Of a stretch of 64,000 nucleotides of DNA, positions 36,934 through 44,764 are shown in pieces. Each line of letters starts with the position of its first letter. Within the stretch, counting starts at the first letter, position 1. The position numbers and the translations under genes are program-made. The notes beneath the pieces are model-generated. The model had not been told where the DNA came from. It searched no databases and saw nothing but the letters and a program-made list of their open reading frames with translations. Origin of the DNA: Lactobacillaceae bacterium (GTDB taxonomy: Bacteria; Bacillota; Bacilli; Lactobacillales; Lactobacillaceae); the NCBI GenBank assembly GCA_036498565.1, contig DASYFG010000004.1:694102-758101 (forward strand), written 5' to 3'.

Positions 36934-36975
36934 CCAATTCCACTAATTTTTGATCACAGGATCTGTATGCCCTTT

Positions 36976-36984
36976 ACTATAGCA
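36976..36984 (-). promoter_or_regulatory. Possible extended -10 promoter (TGcTATAGT)
   Basis: The minus strand reads TGCTATAGT. TTGACA (37003-37008) lies 21 nt upstream, which is too far for a canonical -35. Confidence 0.35.
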
Positions 36985-37016
36985 AATGAATACCTCAGTT
37001 TTTGTCAATAAAACGT

Positions 37017-37056
37017 CAAAAAAACGTCAAGAACATTTACCTGTTCTTGACGTTTT
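37017..37056 (-). terminator. Terminator after the 306-aa GT2 gene
   Basis: 12-bp stem 37024-37035 / 37042-37053 (acgtcaagaaca / tgttcttgacgt). The A-run 37019-37023 gives a U-tail on the minus strand. It lies immediately after the stop codon. Confidence 0.8.
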
Positions 37057-37975
37057 ATTTTTTGTCATCAATGTATTCGATTTTAGGTCGGAAAAACAAA
37101 CCGCGCCAACTGCCTTGAATAATAATACCAAGCTTGCGCCAACGGTAAACTACGCCAGGCAACAGTAATGTTTTCAAAAAATCAACTCCGGTGTGCCCAA
37201 CTGTTTTCACATATTTGACCACTGAACCACGTCGTCGAGACGTTTCGAGACGGTTACGATATTCATTTAAATACCGTGGCAAACGCCCTTCAATCGTTTC
37301 ACCGGCAATGTCGCCCGGTTCCGGATTCGTCGCAGATGCGTGAATCACCACAGAATCACGGACAAAATAGCCATCCCCAACCCGTGTTGCGCGTTCCGTA
37401 TATTCAATATCATCGCCCCAAATGAAGTACTCTTTTTGTGGCAAACCAATTTGTGCAACAACTGCACGCGTAAACATCGTCCCCACAAACGTTGAATGTT
37501 TAATTGGCACCCAATTATCACTGCCAAACATCACCGCATCTCGGCTGCCATCTGCCGGTGCTTGCACGTTCATTTTAGACCAATCGCCATCCGTCCATTC
37601 CACTTTGCTTGAAGCCATTACTGCCGTTGGCTTCTCGGCAAACAACGCGAGTAGTTGCGTCAGCGCAGTAGGCGTTGGCAAAGAATCATCGTCCATTACC
37701 CACACATAATCATCTTGTGTGCGCGTCATAAAGACTTTTATTCCGTGATTAAAGCCACCCGCACCACCCAAATTTTGATCAAGATTTTCGATGATTAAAC
37801 GAGAATCCGTCAAACTTTCCAGATAGGCTGCGGTGCCGTCAGTCGACGCTCCGTTCACCACAATCACATGTGCCAGTGCTGGTGACACTTGGTTTAGCGC
37901 GTGTGTAATCGATTGTTTTAAAAGATCAAGGCGGTTATACGTTACGATGACCACACTGACTTTTGCATTTGTCAT
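37055..37975 (-). CDS. GT2 glycosyltransferase, paralog of 35845-36933
   Basis: 'VSVVIVTYNRLDLLKQSI...VIVVNGASTDGT...VWVMDDDSLP'. Start ATG 37975 overlaps the upstream stop (ATGA). Confidence 0.75.
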   Translation of the reverse strand: MTNAKVSVVIVTYNRLDLLKQSITHALNQVSPALAHVIVVNGASTDGTAAYLESLTDSRLIIENLDQNLGGAGGFNHGIKVFMTRTQDDYVWVMDDDSLPTPTALTQLLALFAEKPTAVMASSKVEWTDGDWSKMNVQAPADGSRDAVMFGSDNWVPIKHSTFVGTMFTRAVVAQIGLPQKEYFIWGDDIEYTERATRVGDGYFVRDSVVIHASATNPEPGDIAGETIEGRLPRYLNEYRNRLETSRRRGSVVKYVKTVGHTGVDFLKTLLLPGVVYRWRKLGIIIQGSWRGLFFRPKIEYIDDKK

Positions 37976-39684
37976 AAGTTCATTTGTCCTAATTGTTGTA
38001 AAATTTCTGTCGCAACTTGGGCATTTTTTGGTCGTGCAAAGACTGCCCAACCATCTCTTTCACCTATTGTAGCATACCCACGATTTGCCAATAGTTCTGA
38101 TTTTTTCCGAACATCTTGGCGAATAATCACCACTTTAGCATGCGCAAATAAACTCACGCGTGTATGCCAATTCCACTTTTGCCAGTCAATCAACACATCA
38201 AATGCTTGCTGTGCCAAATAGCGACGTTCGGTTTTGTGTGGATTATTGCCCGTATGCGTCGGATTAATCATAACACGACTCGTCGGTGCTAGGGCATCAA
38301 TATGCCCAAAGAATTGATGACCATACCAACTTTTTAACAATTGCTGTTGGGCAAATAGCGTCACATCAAAGTTTTGACCCCATTTTTGCAGTTGCTTAAT
38401 CTGAGCTTGCGTCATCGTTTGATTGGTAAATGTACCAGCGTTGACTACAATTTTTAAAACAGTTGTGCGCGTTGGCGTAACTGGGGCTTGCAACACTTCC
38501 CACAGCCGTTGTGCTGCTTTACCATCATCATCTTGCACGAATTGCGCTTGAAATTCAGCATAACGCCGCCGATAAATACTCTGCACATCATGCGCTAACA
38601 GGTGTGCGACTTGCTCAACCGTTGTCACATGCGGCCCGGGCAATTGATCAGTCGGCATATAATAACCGCGTTCACTGGCATAATTGACCGTTGTATCAAA
38701 GAAAATAATCGGCCGTCCCGTCAGCAAAAAATCGAAGAACAAAGATGAATAATCCGTCAATAAAACCGCGGTATGCGTCATCACATCATTGGCGTCCAGC
38801 GTGTCATCAATCAAAAACTGTTGCCACTCTGGTAGATGCTGGGCGTATTTTGCAATGTAGGGATGCAACTTAATCTTTACTTGATACGCTGGGACGGCGG
38901 CTTGTAAGTCCGTAACTGTTGCCAAAGTTTGGGCCAGTGCTTCTGGCTGCACTTCTCCCGTTACCGTGCCGGTCCAAGTTGGTGCATACAGTAACATTGG
39001 TCGCTCATCACGTGCCAAAGGCAAAGCCGGCGCGTCTTTGAAAAACACATCATTACGTGGATAACCCAACGTCAAAATTTCGCCCGTGTATAAACCATCT
39101 AAGCGATAATCTTCTCGATAAATCCGTGCCGTTAGCGCGTTTGGTGCCAAAAGATAATCCGTTTGTAAAAAGTTACGAATCACATTCCATGAACCCATCA
39201 CGCCACCAGGCATGGCATAACCCATCTTTTTCAATGGCGTGCCATGCCATGTATTAATAAAAATCTGCCCCGGGCGTTTGACAAAGATATCTGAAAAAAT
39301 CATCGCATTAGTCACGACGTAGTGCGCTTGTAACAACGCATCCGCATAGGCCGGCGTGGTTTTATCCACGAGTGTGACTTTATTTTGTAAGTTTGCAACT
39401 TTTAAACTCGTTTCAATCGCTGTTTTAAAAGCAGGATCATAAACAACGACGTGACGCATTTGTGGCGAATTTTCCAGCCAAACTCGCAATAATTCACGCG
39501 GTGAATCGCCGAATTGTTGCCCGTCGCGCATTTCATACAATACTAAATGCGCGTCCAAGGCGACATGTTTCCATTGCGAATCATAATACGCTTTAATTGG
39601 ATCCAGTTGTTTTAATTGTTGTCGTTGCCAACGCCAATTTTCAACGGCAAATTTAGCACGACCGAGTACTTTTCGTATATTCAT
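37972..39684 (-). CDS. CDP-glycerol glycerophosphotransferase, TagB/TagF family
   Basis: 'AVLLTDYSSLFFDFLLTGRPIIFFDTTVNY' and 'INTWHGTPLKKMG'. Confidence 0.8.
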   Translation of the reverse strand: MNIRKVLGRAKFAVENWRWQRQQLKQLDPIKAYYDSQWKHVALDAHLVLYEMRDGQQFGDSPRELLRVWLENSPQMRHVVVYDPAFKTAIETSLKVANLQNKVTLVDKTTPAYADALLQAHYVVTNAMIFSDIFVKRPGQIFINTWHGTPLKKMGYAMPGGVMGSWNVIRNFLQTDYLLAPNALTARIYREDYRLDGLYTGEILTLGYPRNDVFFKDAPALPLARDERPMLLYAPTWTGTVTGEVQPEALAQTLATVTDLQAAVPAYQVKIKLHPYIAKYAQHLPEWQQFLIDDTLDANDVMTHTAVLLTDYSSLFFDFLLTGRPIIFFDTTVNYASERGYYMPTDQLPGPHVTTVEQVAHLLAHDVQSIYRRRYAEFQAQFVQDDDGKAAQRLWEVLQAPVTPTRTTVLKIVVNAGTFTNQTMTQAQIKQLQKWGQNFDVTLFAQQQLLKSWYGHQFFGHIDALAPTSRVMINPTHTGNNPHKTERRYLAQQAFDVLIDWQKWNWHTRVSLFAHAKVVIIRQDVRKKSELLANRGYATIGERDGWAVFARPKNAQVATEILQQLGQMNL

Positions 39685-39710
39685 CGTTCCTGCCTAGTTT
39701 GTCACGTTTT

Positions 39711-40526
39711 TTAAATGAAATCAGCAAAATAAGCGCGGAATTTCAAATGCAAATGTGAACCAACAATTCCCATAATCAAAATAAACAACCAAAAAGCAAC
39801 CGTTGGCTGCCACGCTTCCCAGAACCAGTGTGGACTGAAAAAGGCGTCACGCATACCCGTTACCAAATAATAAAAGGGATTAAGCTCTAGTAAGCGCAAC
39901 AAGTGCGGGTGACTGTCGCCTAATTTGTCGGACAAAGCCCACAGCGCCCCTGAAATCCAGAACACAAAACGCAAAATGGTTTGCATCAACTGTTGATAAT
40001 CCGGAATCAACACCGTAATCGTCGCATTAAAAATTCCCGTCACATACAAAAAGGCAATTGAAGCCACAAAGTAATAAACGACTTGAATCCAGTAAATGCT
40101 AATTGGCAAGCCGTTGATAACGGATAAAATCAACCCGACCGCTAACATCAACACAAACGCATTCACATTAATGAGCGTGCGCATCATCGGCATAATTGAA
40201 ACCGGAAATTTCATCCGCGCAATTTGCCATAAATTACTTGAAATACTCCAAGTCGTATCCATAAATGACGTGTTGATAAACAACCAAGTTGCCAAACCAA
40301 CAATCAACCACGCCAAATACGGTACACCTGGCACGCCACTACTTTCGTGGAAATTAAATCCAAACACAACCCAGTATGTCAAAACTTGCATCACTGGATT
40401 CAAAATCAACCAAAAATTACCTAACGCGTGATTTTGAAAGCGTGCTTTTTTTTCATAATTTGCCAATCGCCACATGACTGGAAAATATTTAAATTGTTCT
40501 TGTAAAACAAGCCATGCTTCTTTCAT
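39711..40526 (-). CDS. tagG: Wall-polymer ABC exporter permease (TagG-like), copy 2
   Basis: ABC-2 permease and a paralog of 11827-12645 (shared 'NPVMQ..YW.VFG' and 'ELNPFYYL' regions). Confidence 0.85.
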   Translation of the reverse strand: MKEAWLVLQEQFKYFPVMWRLANYEKKARFQNHALGNFWLILNPVMQVLTYWVVFGFNFHESSGVPGVPYLAWLIVGLATWLFINTSFMDTTWSISSNLWQIARMKFPVSIMPMMRTLINVNAFVLMLAVGLILSVINGLPISIYWIQVVYYFVASIAFLYVTGIFNATITVLIPDYQQLMQTILRFVFWISGALWALSDKLGDSHPHLLRLLELNPFYYLVTGMRDAFFSPHWFWEAWQPTVAFWLFILIMGIVGSHLHLKFRAYFADFI

Positions 40527-40529
40527 GAT

Positions 40530-41513
40530 TTACCCCATCACATGTTGAATAATCACAGTCGCTAATGCCACTGTCAAAAGACCTAACACACCCCATGTCA
40601 TCGGTGTTAAGTAATCACCAATTGCAGAACGCTTACTCAAACGTTCTTTATCGGCTGGTTCAAGCTTTTCATCTTCTTGGACAGCACGCGCCAAATCATC
40701 AATTTTATAAGCAACTTGTGCTGCTTTTTGATCACGTTGATAGCGCTTTTTTTCGTCACCAGATAACCCTTTAAACCACGTGTTCCATTTGTTGTATTCA
40801 TGCAACACTTCTTTTGTTGGGCCAAAGTCTTTTAAGTCACCATATTGAATCCACATAACTTTGTCCGTAAAACTTTCCACCTGACTCAATGAATGCGAAA
40901 CAAAGAAAATGGTCTTACCTTGCGCTTTAAATTCCAACATTTTATCCAATGCTTTTTGATAAAATGTTTGATCGCCGACTGACAAAGCTTCGTCAATAAT
41001 CAAAATATCTGGATCTTGATGAACAGCAATTGCAAAACCTAGTCGTGACTTCATACCAGATGAATAATTTTTAACCGGTTGATCCATGAAATCACCCAAA
41101 TCAGCAAAATCCACAATCGTTTCCATTTCGGTGTCGATTTGCTTGTTGGTTTTGCCCATCATCAATGACTTTAAGCGAATGTTTTCACGTCCCGTTAGTT
41201 GACCACGCAAACCGGCGTTAATGGCAATAATGCTCGTCTCACCATTGACCACTAAATCCCCACTGGTGGGTAATAATAAACCACTTAAAATGTTCAATAA
41301 TGTTGATTTACCGGAGCCGTTGACCCCAACAATTCCCACAACATCCCCTTCATAAACGTCAAAACTAACGCCTTTAAGCGCCCAAAATTTCTTGAGCCCT
41401 TTAGAATTAAGTGGATTCAAAATTGTCCGAATTTTTTCAGACTTGTTTTTACCTAAATCAAATTCCTTGGTTAAGTATCGCGCTGAAACCTTCAGCTGCT
41501 TCTCTTCAGCCAT
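40530..41513 (-). CDS. tagH: Wall-polymer ABC exporter ATPase (TagH-like), copy 2
   Basis: Walker A 'GVNGSGKSTL', signature 'YSSGMKSRL', Walker B 'ILIIDEALS', and a C-terminal TM 'WGVLGLLTVALATVIIQ'. RBS AAGGAG lies 8 nt upstream. Confidence 0.85.
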   Translation of the reverse strand: MAEEKQLKVSARYLTKEFDLGKNKSEKIRTILNPLNSKGLKKFWALKGVSFDVYEGDVVGIVGVNGSGKSTLLNILSGLLLPTSGDLVVNGETSIIAINAGLRGQLTGRENIRLKSLMMGKTNKQIDTEMETIVDFADLGDFMDQPVKNYSSGMKSRLGFAIAVHQDPDILIIDEALSVGDQTFYQKALDKMLEFKAQGKTIFFVSHSLSQVESFTDKVMWIQYGDLKDFGPTKEVLHEYNKWNTWFKGLSGDEKKRYQRDQKAAQVAYKIDDLARAVQEDEKLEPADKERLSKRSAIGDYLTPMTWGVLGLLTVALATVIIQHVMG

Positions 41514-41581
41514 CTGTTAAACTCCTTTGTAAGTTCAGACTGTTCTAAGTCATTTCCTAAAACATGCAAACTCATCGGTCT

Positions 41582-41590
41582 ATTATATCA
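41582..41590 (-). promoter_or_regulatory. Extended -10 promoter (TGaTATAAT) for the tagH2-tagG2 operon
   Basis: The minus strand reads TGATATAAT about 65 nt upstream of ATG 41513, just downstream of the amidase terminator. Confidence 0.5.
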
Positions 41591-41616
41591 TCTTTTTTAT
41601 TTTGACACTTAAAAGC

Positions 41617-41648
41617 ACAAAAAAATCCCACCTGTTTGGTGAGATTTT
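41617..41648 (-). terminator. Terminator after the amidase gene
   Basis: Minus strand: ATCTCACC-aaaca-GGTGGGAT (one G-U pair), then TTTTTTT. Confidence 0.75.
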
Positions 41649-41687
41649 ATGAATTACTTAACTTCAACTGCCGCGTTATGATGCCAT

Positions 41688-43247
41688 TTAATCCAACGTC
41701 AGTCCTTGTTTGTCCATCCAAACAAGTCGATCTCCTAGTCTAAATTCTACCCATGTAACACCGTTGGTCGAATCAGTGTTTACTTCTTTCACTACGGTAA
41801 TTTTTTGACCATCATATAATTTAGCATCATCATTGCGTGTTTGCGTTGATACTGAAATATTGTATGGGCCATGCCAATATAAACCATCATTGCGGTTCTT
41901 TTCAGTGATTGTGGCTGTATAGCTTGTTGGGGTTGTCTTTGTGATTAAATTATATTTTTTAATCCCTCGGCTGTCCATCCAAACCAATCGATTATTAATT
42001 CGGAATTCCGCCCATTTAACACCATTTGTAGAGTTAGTTTTAGCTTCTTGAACAACTGTTACATCTTTACCAGTATAGAGAACAGCATCCTCGTCTCGTG
42101 CCTGAGTTGAACTAGAAACATTGTAAGCACCATGCCAATAGAGACCATCATTACGATTATTTTGTTGAATAATTCCCTTATAATTCGTTGTGGTCTTTTG
42201 CGTGTACTCGTTTAGTTTTTTGGCACCTAATTTATTCATCCAAACATATTGATTGCCTAACTTAAACTTTAACCATACTACACCATTTTGAGCATTCGTT
42301 TGTGACTCAGCTACAACAGTGACAACTTGATGATTATATTTTTTAGCGTCCACACCTCGAGAAACGGCTTGACCACTTGTATTGTAGGGACCGCCATAAT
42401 ACAAAGCATCGTTACGTGAATCTTCATTAATCATAATTCGATAATTCACTGTCTTTGTTTTGACCACTTTATTGTACGAAGCATTTTTAATTAAATTTTT
42501 CTGTGCATAGTACTTTTTCACAAGCGACAAAAAGTCCGTCATCGTATAACTTGTGTTCCAGTATTTGCCAGCTCGATCCTTCCAATAACCATCTGGATCG
42601 GTGTGATCAGTCCCACCCAGGTAATCTGTTACATTGTGATGCGACCACACAGTTCCCGCACCACTTTTTGTGGCCGCACTGGGTGTTAAACTATACTTTT
42701 GCAAGAGATAGGCTGTATAGTACGCCGCGTTTCCCACTTGTTTGGCAAAAGCCGTTTTGGAATTGACTCTGACTTGTTCAAACTGAACGGCATTTAGATT
42801 ACCAAAGTATCCTGACCCCCAAGCTAAATAATCAGTATCTGCGATATTTACAATCTGTGTGCCACTGACAAACGAGTGCACAAACGCATCACCATAATGA
42901 TTCTTCATATAGGCAATTTCACCAGCCGTATCACCATTATCCCCTTCATTGGCCGTTTCATGAATAATGACTTTATTAGGTTTGGTCATATTATCGGCAT
43001 AACCATAGTTATAAGTCGGAAACCCACTGTACGCGTTACCAATTTTGAGATGTGTATTCCCATCGCTAGGCTTCTTTGATACCTTCCAAATACTCGTTGT
43101 AATCTGAGCATGTGGTAACCCTTGCTGAATTAAATAATTATTTATGGTATTGGCACTGATGGGCGTGCGCAAAAATATTATAGTGGCGCTGACCAGAAAG
43201 CCAATCACTATCTTCGCCTTTACTTGCATGATATTTCCTTTTTTCAT
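41688..43247 (-). CDS. N-acetylmuramoyl-L-alanine amidase (Amidase_2) with three C-terminal wall-binding repeats
   Basis: A signal peptide, then 'VIIHETANEG...FVHSFV...WSHHNVTDYLGGTDHTDPDGYW', and three ~85-aa repeats. Confidence 0.8.
   Translation of the reverse strand: MKKGNIMQVKAKIVIGFLVSATIIFLRTPISANTINNYLIQQGLPHAQITTSIWKVSKKPSDGNTHLKIGNAYSGFPTYNYGYADNMTKPNKVIIHETANEGDNGDTAGEIAYMKNHYGDAFVHSFVSGTQIVNIADTDYLAWGSGYFGNLNAVQFEQVRVNSKTAFAKQVGNAAYYTAYLLQKYSLTPSAATKSGAGTVWSHHNVTDYLGGTDHTDPDGYWKDRAGKYWNTSYTMTDFLSLVKKYYAQKNLIKNASYNKVVKTKTVNYRIMINEDSRNDALYYGGPYNTSGQAVSRGVDAKKYNHQVVTVVAESQTNAQNGVVWLKFKLGNQYVWMNKLGAKKLNEYTQKTTTNYKGIIQQNNRNDGLYWHGAYNVSSSTQARDEDAVLYTGKDVTVVQEAKTNSTNGVKWAEFRINNRLVWMDSRGIKKYNLITKTTPTSYTATITEKNRNDGLYWHGPYNISVSTQTRNDDAKLYDGQKITVVKEVNTDSTNGVTWVEFRLGDRLVWMDKQGLTLD
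41691..42476 (-). repeat. Three tandem ~85-aa GW/SH3b-like wall-binding modules (coding repeat)
   Basis: The pattern 'RNDGLYWHG.YN.S.STQ.R..DA.LY.G..VTVV.E..T.STNGV.W.EF....RLVWMD' recurs. The same module is present in the adjacent glucosaminidase. Confidence 0.7.
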
Positions 43248-43284
43248 GAATAAACTAATGCTATTAAATGTACAATAACATTAC

Positions 43285-44640
43285 TTATTGTTTTTGAATG
43301 CCGCGACTATCCATCCAAACCAAACGATTACCCAGTTTAAATTCTACCCAAGTTACGCCGTTTGTGGAATTTGTTTTGGCTTCTTGAACAACTGTAACTT
43401 TTGTCCCATCATAACGCTTTGCATCATCATTTCGTGTTTGGGTTGAACTAGAGACATTATATGCCCCGTGCCAATACAAGCCATCATTTCGCTTGGTTTC
43501 AGTAATTTTAGCTGGGTAGTTTACTTTGGTTTTCGTGGTGTATTCATTCAAACGCTTACCGCCTCGCGAATCCATCCAAACATACTGATTACCAATTTTA
43601 AACTTTAACCACTTAACACCATTCGTAGAATTGGTTTGACTTTCTTCAATGACATTGACGACTGACTTGTTATAGGCTTTAGCATTCGCACCGCGGACAG
43701 TCGCTGCAGCAGTTGTGTTATAGGGGCCGCCGTAGTAAATCGCATCATTACGTACATCTTCGTTAATCATAATTCGATAATTAACGGCTTTTTTCTTGGT
43801 AACTTTGTTATAAGTTGTGTCTGCCAAACGGTCCATGCCGTAGTCTTTAATCAGTTGATTTAACTTCACCGCGTAACTGGCATCCGTTGCATAAGTACCC
43901 GTCAAAGCATTCGTGGCGTCTTTATACGATTTAGTATTTTCCTTCCATGCACCTGAATAATAAGCGGGATTCCAAGAGAGACCTTTGCGAATCAAATTAC
44001 CGTTATAGGCTAGTGAACTAGCAAACGATTTATATTTTGCAAAACGAGCAAGCACTTGAGTATACTCGCCGCCAATCAAAGTCACATTTTTGACAGGGCG
44101 CGTAACGCCATTTAAATCTTTGACTGATGTTGTTTGAGTACTTACGCCGATTTCATTAGCAGTTTTGTAAGTCACATTTTTATAGACCGTTTCATAAACT
44201 GGGATTTTCTTGCCAGTTTTTGTGTCTAAAATATACTTACCCGTCTTTGCGTCTTTTTTATAAACGGTCTCTAACTTCTTTGTTTTGGTATTCAAAACTT
44301 GCTTAACAACCTGTTGAGTAGCGCCATTATATTCACTAGTTAACGCAAAAACATGTCCACCATCGGCGTCACCTTTAATACCAAAAAAATTATTTGCCCG
44401 AACCGACAAATCGCTCTGCCCCCAGTTGCTTTCCAAAACAGCCTGCGCCATTTCAACCGAACCATAGACATTGTACTTTTTAGCCGTGGCGCGCACTGAA
44501 GGTGCAATTTCAATCAACCACTTCTTATGCGCAGCATAATTTGAATCGTAACTGGCAGCCGGATCGGTAGCCGCATGTGAAACGGATTGATATAATCCAA
44601 TGCCGACTCCCATACCAACTAATATCATTATTCTTTTCAT
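43285..44640 (-). CDS. Endo-beta-N-acetylglucosaminidase-family peptidoglycan hydrolase with two wall-binding repeats
   Basis: A signal peptide and the glucosaminidase motif 'YGSVEMAQAVLESNWGQSDLSVRANNFFGIKG'. The C-terminal modules match those of the amidase. Confidence 0.8.
   Translation of the reverse strand: MKRIMILVGMGVGIGLYQSVSHAATDPAASYDSNYAAHKKWLIEIAPSVRATAKKYNVYGSVEMAQAVLESNWGQSDLSVRANNFFGIKGDADGGHVFALTSEYNGATQQVVKQVLNTKTKKLETVYKKDAKTGKYILDTKTGKKIPVYETVYKNVTYKTANEIGVSTQTTSVKDLNGVTRPVKNVTLIGGEYTQVLARFAKYKSFASSLAYNGNLIRKGLSWNPAYYSGAWKENTKSYKDATNALTGTYATDASYAVKLNQLIKDYGMDRLADTTYNKVTKKKAVNYRIMINEDVRNDAIYYGGPYNTTAAATVRGANAKAYNKSVVNVIEESQTNSTNGVKWLKFKIGNQYVWMDSRGGKRLNEYTTKTKVNYPAKITETKRNDGLYWHGAYNVSSSTQTRNDDAKRYDGTKVTVVQEAKTNSTNGVTWVEFKLGNRLVWMDSRGIQKQ
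43288..43812 (-). repeat. Two tandem GW/SH3b-like wall-binding modules (coding repeat)
   Basis: 'NYRIMINEDVRNDAIYYGGPYNT...' and 'RNDGLYWHGAYNVSSSTQTRNDDAKRYDGTKVTVVQEAKTNSTNGVTWVEFKLGNRLVWMDSRG' are nearly identical to amidase modules 1 and 3. Confidence 0.7.
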
Positions 44641-44731
44641 TAGCGTGACCTCTTATTATCTTAATTTTAAGATTAACAATCTTAGTTTACATTTGAATAA
44701 CGAGAACATTAATACTGAAGGAAAAATCCTC

Positions 44732-44761
44732 ATAAAAATGGCCAACAACCGTTGGCCATTT
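44732..44761 (-). terminator. Terminator after the 1076-aa TagF-like gene
   Basis: 10-bp stem aatggccaac / gttggccatt, loop aacc. The upstream A-run gives a U-tail on the minus strand. Confidence 0.8.
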
Positions 44762-44764
44762 AAA

